Positions 30,305 through 39,580 of a stretch of 64,000 nucleotides of DNA are shown here, in pieces. The stretch is from a virus. The stretch's first letter is position 1. Each line of letters begins with the position of its first letter. The translations under genes were made by a program, and so were the position numbers. The notes below the pieces were generated by a model. The model did not search any database. It was not told where the DNA came from and was given only the letters and a program-made list of their open reading frames with translations. Location: positions 106,909 through 170,908 of IMG/VR virus record IMGVR_UViG_3300029319_009044. The stretch is one strand, 5' to 3'.

Positions 30305-30346
30305 TTAACATATTTAATGGGGAGTATATGTATTAACTAGTACATA

Positions 30347-31282
30347 TTATTGCTTAGGTGTTTTGATATGAGGAACATCTACTTGACTTAAAGTATGATG
30401 TAAAAGCTTCTCATGGGATACACGCTCCGGATTAATATCAATACCACCACGTCGAGCATATAAACAACGAACAGCAAGCTCATCAGGTTCTATAGCATCC
30501 ATTAGTCTCTTATAAACAGCTTCACAAATTTCTTCATGAAAATGACATTCATCTCTAAAAGATACAATATATTGCAGCAAAGAGATAGGATCTACAGTAT
30601 TTTTACCTTTCATATAGATATAAACATCACCCCAATCAGGCTGCGAGGTTACCCTACAATTAGATTTAAGAAGCGCACTATGATAATATACTTTTTCAGA
30701 AGGAGCGTCTTCTATCTCTCTTAGTAAGTTAGGATCTTCAGCATATACAGTAAATTCTACATCTTCAATAGGGTATTCATCTTCAAGAGTTATATAACTC
30801 GGAGTACAATCTTCACCATGCATCCATTCTTTTTTAGCAGTAAACAAATTAGTATCAGATAATACGTATGCATTAGTATGAACTTTAACTTGAACTTTAG
30901 TTTCAAGCAATTTACTTAAGTCCTGAGAAGCAATATCACTAATATTTTTTAATACCTCATCAGTAGTTTCACCTAATCGAGTCATATTAAACGAATTAAA
31001 ATATAATTTAATAGATTTAGATTCTACAATATACTTACTACTACATGGATAAACTACTTTAGCTACACCAACTACAGGGAGACCATTTACAGTTAGAGCA
31101 GAAATTTCATACGCATTCCAAGTATCATAACCTAAAAAGGGAAGATTATTATCATCAATATTTAAATGAGTTCTATTAGACTGACGAGGCTCTTTAACTA
31201 AGAGCGTAGCATCATACTTTGATTTATACTTAGACGTCTGCCCAAGATGCTTACTAATATTGCTGTTATCAAGTTTTACCAT
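30347..31282 (-). CDS. queF: NADPH-dependent 7-cyano-7-deazaguanine reductase, bimodular type
   Basis: G.DTWNAYEIS, IVESKSIKLYFNS, LLKSNCRVTSQPDWG, FHEEICE, YARRGGIDINP.R; start moved to ATG 31282. Confidence 0.95.
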   Translation of the reverse strand: MVKLDNSNISKHLGQTSKYKSKYDATLLVKEPRQSNRTHLNIDDNNLPFLGYDTWNAYEISALTVNGLPVVGVAKVVYPCSSKYIVESKSIKLYFNSFNMTRLGETTDEVLKNISDIASQDLSKLLETKVQVKVHTNAYVLSDTNLFTAKKEWMHGEDCTPSYITLEDEYPIEDVEFTVYAEDPNLLREIEDAPSEKVYYHSALLKSNCRVTSQPDWGDVYIYMKGKNTVDPISLLQYIVSFRDECHFHEEICEAVYKRLMDAIEPDELAVRCLYARRGGIDINPERVSHEKLLHHTLSQVDVPHIKTPKQ

Positions 31283-31283
31283 A

Positions 31284-31877
31284 TTAAATTTTAATATCAA
31301 TATTATAAGATTCAAGAGTACTCTTAATACATTCTAGTCTTTCCTCTACTGTACCTTTTAAAATTACTACTTTAGGACCATCTTTAATAAGATCAAATTT
31401 CAAATACATATCAAAGAGACCAATAATATCATTACGAAATATATTATCAACACTTCTTTCACCATCATCTACTAGCTTAACATCCTTATGACTAGTATAA
31501 AAAATAACATCATATTTGTTTATAAGCTTTTTATACATGAGATCACAAGCATCATAAGTAGCTCTATTAATTTTGCCTTTATTTAAAAGATAATGACTAT
31601 AAACTATACCATCTAATGCACATCTATCAAATATTTGATGAACTCCTCTTAAAAGACGATCAGCTCCACCTCTAAAAATATTTCTAACATGCTCAGTCAT
31701 TATAAGCAGTTGAGTCAGATCATTGCCGCTTTCATTGATATGCATATTATATTCTCTTTTAATTAACCTTGTAACTTCAGGAACAAACTCAAACGGATAC
31801 ATACCGTTCTCTTTATACAAATGCTTAAGTAAAGTAGTTTTACCTGTACACTGAGCTCCAGTAAACGAAAAGATCAT
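31284..31877 (-). CDS. P-loop nucleotide kinase (AAA_28 / dNMP-kinase-like)
   Basis: FTGAQCTGKTTL, EVTR, DRCALDGIVY, DDGERS. Confidence 0.75.
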   Translation of the reverse strand: MIFSFTGAQCTGKTTLLKHLYKENGMYPFEFVPEVTRLIKREYNMHINESGNDLTQLLIMTEHVRNIFRGGADRLLRGVHQIFDRCALDGIVYSHYLLNKGKINRATYDACDLMYKKLINKYDVIFYTSHKDVKLVDDGERSVDNIFRNDIIGLFDMYLKFDLIKDGPKVVILKGTVEERLECIKSTLESYNIDIKI

Positions 31878-32434
31878 ACCTTATTATATAAACGTTCCTT
31901 TAGAAAACTACCCCAAGTTGCAAGAGAAGTTGATCTTAAAGCACTATACATTTCATCTAATGTTAATATATTAGCTGTAGAAACTTCAGAGTATGTATCA
32001 ATTTCACCTGCATCTACTTCTTCTACTACCTTATGCACAACACTACCTACCATATCATACTTATGAATATCTGCCCACGCTCTTTGCTGCGGGTCTTTTC
32101 CTTTAAGTTCAGGGTATTTAGTTATAAGACCTGGATGACCGTTATAGATGTTATACTTAGCGCATTTATCTGGAGGCACTATTCGAAGCCAACCATTTAA
32201 AGTTATCAATGTATCATCTGCAGATTCTACAACCTCGTCTAAGATATCTAAGGTTTTAGCCTCTTTACCAAAAGTAGTTAACCATCGATATTCTACGCCT
32301 TTCAGAATATTAAAAATATTACTTGGATGGTTATTCGAAATAATAAGATCAGGTACTCTATTTATTTGATTTGATATATCTATTATTTCTTGACCTGTTT
32401 GAGAAAATAATGCAATCCAATTATTATACTTCAT
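31874..32434 (-). CDS. PurN-like formyltransferase (candidate DpdN preQ1 formyltransferase)
   Basis: ALFSQTG, TLNGWLRIVP, YNGHPGL...P..KG, GSVVHKV...VDAGEI; co-transcribed with queF. Confidence 0.8.
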   Translation of the reverse strand: MKYNNWIALFSQTGQEIIDISNQINRVPDLIISNNHPSNIFNILKGVEYRWLTTFGKEAKTLDILDEVVESADDTLITLNGWLRIVPPDKCAKYNIYNGHPGLITKYPELKGKDPQQRAWADIHKYDMVGSVVHKVVEEVDAGEIDTYSEVSTANILTLDEMYSALRSTSLATWGSFLKERLYNKV

Positions 32435-32814
32435 TATAAATATTCTAATGCCAAATAATTAATTAGCAAGTGTATGGTATTATCACAAGCTACTAATAAC
32501 CAAAGTGAAAGCCATTGTGGTACTTCTTTATGGTAACCTGTTTCTTTACAATCTTCCCACTTATGCCAATATTTTTTAGGGCTAAGGCGACTTTTAGCAA
32601 ACACTACATAACGCGCTAATCTAAATCTATCAATTAAAAAATGAGTAATACAAATTACCGCAAAAGCTTCTAAAGAAGGGCATAATATCAAGAAAGGTAA
32701 AGAGTATGTGATCGCATGCGCTGCAGCTGCTTTACTACACTTCGTTTTATTAAGTGCCATCCAATCGCTCTGAAGAAGATAGTCACCAATTAGATGGAGT
32801 ATTAACTGGAGCAT
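32434..32814 (-). CDS. DUF3307-family membrane protein
   Basis: HLIGDY.LQS.WMA..K, H...Y, THFLID, DNTIH. Confidence 0.75.
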   Translation of the reverse strand: MLQLILHLIGDYLLQSDWMALNKTKCSKAAAAHAITYSLPFLILCPSLEAFAVICITHFLIDRFRLARYVVFAKSRLSPKKYWHKWEDCKETGYHKEVPQWLSLWLLVACDNTIHLLINYLALEYL

Positions 32815-32823
32815 TTATTTATT

Positions 32824-32851
32824 ATTTTATACAAGGAAGCATAATTTTCAA
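32824..32851 (-). promoter_or_regulatory. Sigma70-type promoter TTGAAA-N16-TAAAAT driving the queF operon
   Basis: Direct sequence on the minus strand. Confidence 0.55.
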
Positions 32852-32871
32852 GGTGTATATTAAATAATTTT

Positions 32872-33153
32872 GTGGAAGAGTTTTTTAAGCTAGTAACAGA
32901 AGTAGGATTTCCAATAGCAGGTGCTGTTGTATGTGGAGGTTTTGTATTTATTATTTTAAAATTTATATTGAGTGAGATAACTAGCTCAGTAAAAGGATTA
33001 GGGAGTATGATTAAATCATTAGAAAATAGAGTTCAAACTATGAATAACGATATAGTAAAAATTGATACTTTAGTTTCTTATGCTTTTAATAAACAACCTA
33101 ATTTAGATAGACTAGCAGCTAACGAAGGGAAGGAGGATGCAAGAAAAGACTAA
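32872..33153 (+). CDS. Small membrane protein (TM + coiled coil), first gene of the curli-like cassette
   Basis: GFPIAG TM segment; TAAATA-N5-GTG. Confidence 0.7.
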   Translation: MEEFFKLVTEVGFPIAGAVVCGGFVFIILKFILSEITSSVKGLGSMIKSLENRVQTMNNDIVKIDTLVSYAFNKQPNLDRLAANEGKEDARKD

Positions 33154-33452
33154 TGACTGATACTATTGTAAAAATAATAAATGATTTTGGTTTTCCCATT
33201 TTTGCAGCTTTTGGGTTAGGATATTTTGTTTACTATACTTGGAATTGGGTAGTAAAAGAAATAAAGCCTGTATTAGATGAATCTACAGGAACTTTGATAG
33301 GGCTTATCGATAGAATAAGAATGTTAGATAATGATATGATTAGACTTAACACTAAGATTCAAATGATACTACAGGAAAAAGATAGAATTAAAGAATTAGA
33401 AAAAAAAGAAAATCGAAGAAAAAATACACATATTTTAGATACTAAGCTCTAG
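33153..33452 (+). CDS. Small membrane protein, paralog of the upstream gene
   Basis: GFPIFAA...LIDRIRMLDNDMIRLNT aligns with GFPIAGA...LENRVQTMNNDIVKIDT. Confidence 0.7.
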   Translation: MTDTIVKIINDFGFPIFAAFGLGYFVYYTWNWVVKEIKPVLDESTGTLIGLIDRIRMLDNDMIRLNTKIQMILQEKDRIKELEKKENRRKNTHILDTKL

Positions 33453-33482
33453 CCATATATATTAATAGAGGTAAATAGAGTT

Positions 33483-33947
33483 ATGAAGTGTTTATGTTTC
33501 TTAATACTTTTATGTAGCAGTAGTCTAGCTAATGAATTAACATTTAGGTTTAAATCTCCTTCATTTAGTGGTATTGGATACAGTGCGCATAAAATAAATC
33601 TAGAAAATATATCTGCGGCCAGAAAGAAAACAATTAGAGATGAATTAAAATCATTAGAAATTCAAGCTAATTTAGCTGCCCAGAGAACTCCATTGAATGT
33701 ATTTATGACAAATTTACAGTCAAGGATTTATTCAGAGCTCTCTAAACAGGTTACAGAGCAGCTATTTGCTGATACTGGTTCTGATTCAGGTTCTTTTAAT
33801 CTTGATGGTAATACTATATCATGGTATAGATTAGCTGACCAAATAAATCTGACAGTAACTGATACTGATGGTGATCTTACTAACATATTAATTCCTATTG
33901 GATCACTTCTATTACCTGAGCCAACTAATGAAACAACTACTGAATAG
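33483..33947 (+). CDS. csgF: Curli assembly protein CsgF
   Basis: Sec signal then ELTFRFKSPSFSG (cf. CsgF mature N-terminus), F.TNLQSRIYSELS, GSF.L.G. Confidence 0.85.
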   Translation: MKCLCFLILLCSSSLANELTFRFKSPSFSGIGYSAHKINLENISAARKKTIRDELKSLEIQANLAAQRTPLNVFMTNLQSRIYSELSKQVTEQLFADTGSDSGSFNLDGNTISWYRLADQINLTVTDTDGDLTNILIPIGSLLLPEPTNETTTE

Positions 33948-34812
33948 TCTTTTAAGTTTAACACTTTTAAGCGGTTGCGCAACTTTTAATGATAGTGAAC
34001 TTAATAAACCTCCTATCGTAGCTCCAACCCCTTTAAAAAATAAATTAACTACTATACCAGAATTAGATGGTGAGCCTATTTATATTGGAGTTAATAGCTT
34101 TAAAGACTTAACTGGAGCAAGAAAACAAGCTGATAATTATGCAAGTTTCTCTTCTGCAGTTACTCAAGGTGGTGAAGCATGGTTAATTGAATCTCTCTTA
34201 GAGTCAAATGGTTGGTTTAAAGTTTTAGAAAGAGGTCAATTAGATACAGTAATGAGAGAAAGAGCTTTAGTTCAACAAACTAGAGAAGACTTTACTGATG
34301 ATGATGAAACTGGATTAAAACCTTTATTATTTGCTGGATTGCTTATACATGGAGGAATTATAAGTTATGATACTAATATGATTTCTGGTGGTGTGGGAGC
34401 TGCCTACTTAGGTATAGGTGCTCATGAACAGTACAGGAAAGATGTAGTTACTGTATCATTAAGATTAGTGAGTACGTTAACTAGTGAGATTCTTTTATCT
34501 TCAACTGTATCAAAAACTATATACTCAACCTCACTAGGATCAGATGTATTTAAATTTGTTAACCAAGCTTTAGATTCACTTGAATTTGAAATAGGATATG
34601 CTAAAAATGAGCTAGTATCGGTAGCTACTAGAGCAGCTATAGATTTAGCTATTTTAGATTTAATTGAAAAAGGAGAAAAAAATAAAATGTGGAAATTTAA
34701 AAAGAGCACTGTAAAAAAATTACCTAAAATAACTGAAAAAGAACAAGTTAAAAAAGAACCATTAAGTAAAAATAAGAAATATAAGTCTTCGTTTAATAAA
34801 ATAAAAAGATAG
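33928..34812 (+). CDS. csgG: Curli secretion channel lipoprotein CsgG
   Basis: Lipobox LSGC; FKDLTGARK, FSSAVTQG, WFKVLER, GGIISYDTN..SGG.GA.YLGIG...YRKDVVTVSLRLVS. Confidence 0.93.
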   Translation: MKQLLNSLLSLTLLSGCATFNDSELNKPPIVAPTPLKNKLTTIPELDGEPIYIGVNSFKDLTGARKQADNYASFSSAVTQGGEAWLIESLLESNGWFKVLERGQLDTVMRERALVQQTREDFTDDDETGLKPLLFAGLLIHGGIISYDTNMISGGVGAAYLGIGAHEQYRKDVVTVSLRLVSTLTSEILLSSTVSKTIYSTSLGSDVFKFVNQALDSLEFEIGYAKNELVSVATRAAIDLAILDLIEKGEKNKMWKFKKSTVKKLPKITEKEQVKKEPLSKNKKYKSSFNKIKR

Positions 34813-34831
34813 ATTTTTAATAAATAATTTT

Positions 34832-35662
34832 ATGAACATAAAATCTATTTTAACAGCTATTCTTTTATCTAGTGGTTTAGTATTCTCTTCAAATGAAATT
34901 TACTTAGATCAGATAGGTAGTGCAGGTATATTTAATATATCTCAAATTGGATCTAGTAACAAATTAGGAGAAGGTAATAATCGATCTAGAATTGAAGGAG
35001 AAGAAGTTATTTTTAATGTAGCAACTATAGGTAATGAAAATTTAATAGATATTGACTCTATAGGAAATGAAGAAGTAGTAAATCTTCAAGTAGAAGGCGA
35101 TGCTAATGACTTTATTTTAGCTCTTGAAGGTGATCAAAATACTGTAAATGCTTTTGTAGCAGGAGATACTAACAGCATTTTAATTGCAGGAGACCAGGAA
35201 GATACACAAAAAGCTACTGTAAATAATGGATTAATAAATTTAAATGTTGAGGGTGCTTCAAATGATATAGAGTTATTACTATTTGATACATCATATACTT
35301 TTACAGATTATTTTATTGGTGGCTCTTTAAATACCATTAGCTCTTATCAAGAAGGTCATGGTGGTTTAATTGGACATTCACAACTAGTTGATGTTTTTGG
35401 TAGTAGTAATAATTTATTAATATCTCAAGTAGGTTCTGAAAGTCAATTTATTGAGCTCTCAGTTTTAGGAAATGAAAACACATATCAAATATATCAAACA
35501 GATGGAAGCTTTGATCCATCATTCATGCCTGAGCAAATTGGTAACGAGGTTAACCCAGTTAACGATTTTTCAAATCCCGATGGTATTCCAAAAGTTCCAA
35601 CACTTGTTATCGAGCCACGTCCATTATTACTCGAAGGTATTGTTCTCGAACAGGGTCAGTAA
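34832..35662 (+). CDS. Secreted curlin-like beta-solenoid repeat protein (CsgA/CsgB-like)
   Basis: Signal peptide; NEIYLDQIG, ISQIGSSN, QVEGDAN, LEGDQN, VAGDTN, VEGASN repeats; follows csgG. Confidence 0.7.
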   Translation: MNIKSILTAILLSSGLVFSSNEIYLDQIGSAGIFNISQIGSSNKLGEGNNRSRIEGEEVIFNVATIGNENLIDIDSIGNEEVVNLQVEGDANDFILALEGDQNTVNAFVAGDTNSILIAGDQEDTQKATVNNGLINLNVEGASNDIELLLFDTSYTFTDYFIGGSLNTISSYQEGHGGLIGHSQLVDVFGSSNNLLISQVGSESQFIELSVLGNENTYQIYQTDGSFDPSFMPEQIGNEVNPVNDFSNPDGIPKVPTLVIEPRPLLLEGIVLEQGQ

Positions 35663-36563
35663 TATAGTTCTTATAATAAGTTTTATCTTATTACCTATAC
35701 TTGCTTACGCTGACATAGGCAGTGTAACGTCTCAAACTAAAGCAGCTAGAATTACCCGTAAAGGGGATAAATTTCTTACTGAAGTTAATACTTTAGTTGA
35801 AATGAGAGATTTAATTGAAACCTTAAAAGGTAAGGCTAATATAAAATTTATAGATGATACTAAAGTAAGTGTCACGGAATATTCTAAACTTGTAATAGAT
35901 GAATTTGTTTATAACCCAGAAAAGAAAACAGGTAAACTATCGTTAAAAGCAGCATTAGGTACTATAAGATATTCTTCAGGTAAAATTGCTAAGAATTCTC
36001 GACAAAATGTAAAGATAAAATCTCCAACTGCTTCAGTTACTGTTAGAGGTACTGATTTTACTATGAATGTTCAAGAAGATGGAGCTAGTAGTTTTCTATT
36101 ATTACCATCAAAGGATGATGCTGGTAACTCATTTGTTGGATCTATAGATGTTTCAACTCTTGGAGGTACTGTTACTTTAAATAAAGCGTATCAAGCAACT
36201 ACTGTTACTTCAGCTATAGCAGCACCAACACCACCGCAAGTTATACAACAAGATGGTCCTCAAGTAAAGAAAGATAAAAATAAAAAAGAAAATATAGAAG
36301 AAGATACAAAACCAGAAGATGATGAAAAACAACAAGATTTTGAAGATATTAAAATAAAGAGAAAAGAAAAGAAAGCCAAAAATGCTTTTTTAAAAATGGA
36401 TGATGGGAGATATGTTTTCTTTTCTAAAGATAAAGATAATATTATTTCTCTTATAGTAGAAGATGGTAGCAACGTTACAGTAAATTATGATAATAGAGGC
36501 AGTATTATTAACGCTAAGATGAACTCAGGTAATAACGTACAATTTAACATAAAACAACAATGA
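35580..36563 (+). CDS. FecR-domain exported protein; start uncertain (ATG 35580 or TTG 35640)
   Basis: Signal ending AYA-DIG; D.IET, I.F.DDT.V...EYS.L.IDEFVY.P, GTIRY.SG.IAK, IKSPTA.V.VRGTDF. Confidence 0.85.
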   Translation: MVFQKFQHLLSSHVHYYSKVLFSNRVSNIVLIISFILLPILAYADIGSVTSQTKAARITRKGDKFLTEVNTLVEMRDLIETLKGKANIKFIDDTKVSVTEYSKLVIDEFVYNPEKKTGKLSLKAALGTIRYSSGKIAKNSRQNVKIKSPTASVTVRGTDFTMNVQEDGASSFLLLPSKDDAGNSFVGSIDVSTLGGTVTLNKAYQATTVTSAIAAPTPPQVIQQDGPQVKKDKNKKENIEEDTKPEDDEKQQDFEDIKIKRKEKKAKNAFLKMDDGRYVFFSKDKDNIISLIVEDGSNVTVNYDNRGSIINAKMNSGNNVQFNIKQQ

Positions 36564-38617
36564 AATTTTTTAATATAAATGCTTATGCAATATGCTTAGC
36601 AGTTACTGTAGTTATGGTTCTATTAAGAATATTTGATCCTTTTTTTATAGAAACTGCTCGACTTAAAGGTATAGACTATTATCAAAATAAACAAGAAAAA
36701 GTTATATCAGAAAATATAGCTATTATTGAAATTGATGAGAATAGTTTAGATGAATATGGTCAGTGGCCTTGGAATAGAAGTTTGATTGCTGGGGGTATAG
36801 CAAAAGCTTTTGAAAGTGGAGCTCAATTAGTAGTGGTACCTATTTTATTTGCAGAAAAGGATAGACTTGGAGGTGATAAAGACTTAGTAAATTTATTAAG
36901 CGAAGCACCAGTTATTATAGGCCAATCAGCAAGTACAAAAGGTAAAGGATCTCCAGTTCCAAGAGGATTAGCTACTATTGGTGAACCGTTAGGAGACTGG
37001 CTTTATGATTACCCTGAAGCTATAGGACCTGTAAAAGAGTTAGGAGAAGTTGCTGCTGGAGTAGGTATGATACTAACAGCTCCAGAATTAGATGGAGTAG
37101 TTAGAAGAATGCCTTTAGTTATTCAAATAAAAGGTGAAGCATACCCTACTATACCTTTAGAAGTTATAAGATTATTTTCAGGTGAGCAATCTTATCAGGC
37201 TAAAGTTGGTTTAGGCGGTGTTGAAGCTATAAGAGTTCCAGGATTTGATCCTATAGCTACTGACGAAAACTCTAGAGTTTGGCTCAATTTTAAATATAAT
37301 TTTAATAAAGTATCTTTTAATGAAACTGATTGGTCAGTAGTTAAAGATAAAATTGCTGTTATAGGGTTAACAGGGGAAGGTTTAGCTAATACAGTAGCTA
37401 CTTCAACAGGTATAAGCTATGGACATGAAATTACTAGCCAAGCTTTACAAATGCTAATTGATGAATCTAGATTACAAAGACCTACTGAATCCACTATATT
37501 AGAAGTAATTATTACAGCATCATTCTGCTCGCTTCTTATCATTGGAGCTCTCTGGTTATCCTATAAGTTTAGCTTAGTATTAATAATAGCTTCTTTAGCT
37601 GCTGGACCATTTATCGGAAATATCTTTTATAATAATAATGGTTGGTTAATAGATTATACTTGGCCTTTTGCATGTATATTTGTTACCTGGGCTTGTGCAA
37701 CATTCATAAGATTTATTAATGAAAGCAAATCTAAACAACAGATAAAGAAACAATTTGAACATTATCTTGCTCCTCCCATAGTTAAATTATTGCAAAAGGA
37801 TCCTACATTACTAAAGCTTGGAGGCGATACTAGAGAGTTATCTATATTGTTTAGCGATTTAAGAGGGTTTACTTCTATAAGCGAACATTTTAAAAGCAAC
37901 CCTCAAGGTTTAACGGAATTAATAAACAGATACCTTACTCCGATGACAGGGTGTGTTATAGATCACAATGGTACAGTAGATAAATTTATTGGTGATGCTT
38001 TAATGGCCTTTTGGAATGCACCGTTAGATGTAAAAGACCATAGAGAAAAATCTATATACTGCGGTATAAAAATGTTTGATTTACTAGCTAAACTTAATAA
38101 GGAAGTAATTAACGAAGGTTTAGATGAATTAAAAATAGGGGTAGGTATTAATACTGGTGATGTAGTAGTAGGTAATATGGGATCAGAACAACGGTTTGAC
38201 TATACATGTTTAGGCGATGCAGTAAATTTATCTTCTAGATTAGAAGGTCAGACAAAAGATTATAGAGTAGGTATCATAGTGGGTGAAGGAACAGTAAAAG
38301 GAATAGAAGATAGATTTAAATTTGTAGAATTAGATAAAATAGCAGTCAAAGGAAAAGAAGAAGGGGTAAGAATTTACACCATTTTAAATAATACATCTAG
38401 ATGTGCTAATGGAGGCGATGTAACTCATCATAATACATTCTTAACATTCTATAGAAAACAACACTGGAATAGAGCATTAAAAATGATTGATTTAAATCAA
38501 ATTACATACCCGGAGTTAAAAGGTTATTATGAAATGATGAGAGAGAGAATAGAAACTCTCAAAGTTAATAAGCCTGGAAAAGGTTGGGATACAATTTATA
38601 GAGCTACTTCGAAATAA
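36560..38617 (+). CDS. CHASE2-domain membrane adenylate/guanylate cyclase (class III)
   Basis: IDENSL..YGQWPW.R, DGVVRRMPL (CHASE2); TM helices; LFSDLRGFT, DKFIGDALMAFWNAP, GINTG.VVVGNMGS..RFDYT.LGDAVNLSSRLEG. Confidence 0.95.
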   Translation: MKFFNINAYAICLAVTVVMVLLRIFDPFFIETARLKGIDYYQNKQEKVISENIAIIEIDENSLDEYGQWPWNRSLIAGGIAKAFESGAQLVVVPILFAEKDRLGGDKDLVNLLSEAPVIIGQSASTKGKGSPVPRGLATIGEPLGDWLYDYPEAIGPVKELGEVAAGVGMILTAPELDGVVRRMPLVIQIKGEAYPTIPLEVIRLFSGEQSYQAKVGLGGVEAIRVPGFDPIATDENSRVWLNFKYNFNKVSFNETDWSVVKDKIAVIGLTGEGLANTVATSTGISYGHEITSQALQMLIDESRLQRPTESTILEVIITASFCSLLIIGALWLSYKFSLVLIIASLAAGPFIGNIFYNNNGWLIDYTWPFACIFVTWACATFIRFINESKSKQQIKKQFEHYLAPPIVKLLQKDPTLLKLGGDTRELSILFSDLRGFTSISEHFKSNPQGLTELINRYLTPMTGCVIDHNGTVDKFIGDALMAFWNAPLDVKDHREKSIYCGIKMFDLLAKLNKEVINEGLDELKIGVGINTGDVVVGNMGSEQRFDYTCLGDAVNLSSRLEGQTKDYRVGIIVGEGTVKGIEDRFKFVELDKIAVKGKEEGVRIYTILNNTSRCANGGDVTHHNTFLTFYRKQHWNRALKMIDLNQITYPELKGYYEMMRERIETLKVNKPGKGWDTIYRATSK

Positions 38618-38774
38618 TAAACGAAGCAAGTGCCCAAGCTGGACCAACCATTAAGGTAATTCCAACTATCCATACTAAAGTATATAATAAGAATCTTTTA
38701 AAAGGATGATTTACTAAAGGAAAAAACTCTCTATCGTTTGCACGAGTTATAATTGTCTGATGATTTTCTTTCAC
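38604..38774 (-). CDS. Small membrane protein (56 aa, GTG start)
   Basis: Translated by hand (MKENHQTIITRANDREFFPL...); TAAATA 6 nt upstream; C-terminal TM. Confidence 0.5.
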   Translation of the reverse strand: MKENHQTIITRANDREFFPLVNHPFKRFLLYTLVWIVGITLMVGPAWALASFIISK

Positions 38775-38783
38775 TTTATTTAT

Positions 38784-39575
38784 TTAATCTATAATAAGCT
38801 TTTTGAACTCATCTACATTGTAAAGAATATCTCTCTTCTGTTCTTCATCTACAGAAGAGTTAATAAGATCAGCTAAAAGTGTTTTAGGTTTATCTAGTAA
38901 TCCAATACCTTTATAGTATCTTTTACCAAGAAGACCTGCTACAACAGGGTTAGAAGTATCTACAGATCTAATACTGCTAATATACTTATAGTCTTTAAAC
39001 TCACGCGCTAAAGAACAACCTAGCAAATGATGCGGTTTACTATGATCCCATATACCATCATCAATAAGCATCTTAATAAGACGTCTTCTACCCTTCATTT
39101 GCTGTTCTAGTTTACAGCCTATATTAGAGAAAGTAATAGTTTCATACCAAGAGTAATCAAAAGAAATAGCAATATAGTCAGCATGATTAGCCATAAACCT
39201 ATAACACTCTACTAACTCTTGATACGTTTTACCTTGTACAACTCCTATCTTTAAGCCAGGTAAGTCAGGGTAATTTAAAGTAAACTTATTAAATGAAGAG
39301 CAAGTTTGTTGACTATCTTCTAGTACATCAGGAACAACATAGTATGTAGGTTCTAACTCCACAACATACTTAGCAAATTTCTTAGGATCAAATGAATGAC
39401 CTAATTCAAAAATAGAATTATCTAGTAAAACTTCACGACCTAAGGTTAAAGAAACTTTAAAGAAGTTATAATATTCAGGCTCTTCATCAAATAAATGTAC
39501 AAGAGCGTAATCATAATCATTATAATTACGAGAATCATATAACATCGATATAGGAGATTCATGACTTACAAGCAT
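38784..39575 (-). CDS. TGT-fold transglycosylase-like protein (candidate DpdA-type 7-deazaguanine insertion enzyme)
   Basis: LLDNSIFELG, PDVL, GVVQG, HHLLG, SVDTS motifs resemble the TGT/DpdA TIM barrel. Confidence 0.6.
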   Translation of the reverse strand: MLVSHESPISMLYDSRNYNDYDYALVHLFDEEPEYYNFFKVSLTLGREVLLDNSIFELGHSFDPKKFAKYVVELEPTYYVVPDVLEDSQQTCSSFNKFTLNYPDLPGLKIGVVQGKTYQELVECYRFMANHADYIAISFDYSWYETITFSNIGCKLEQQMKGRRRLIKMLIDDGIWDHSKPHHLLGCSLAREFKDYKYISSIRSVDTSNPVVAGLLGKRYYKGIGLLDKPKTLLADLINSSVDEEQKRDILYNVDEFKKLIID

Positions 39576-39580
39576 ATCTT

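Noticed and set aside
36560-38617. Cyclase as a Pycsar/CBASS defence enzyme
   Set aside because: CHASE2-TM receptor architecture with purine-cyclase motifs and no adjacent cNMP-binding effector
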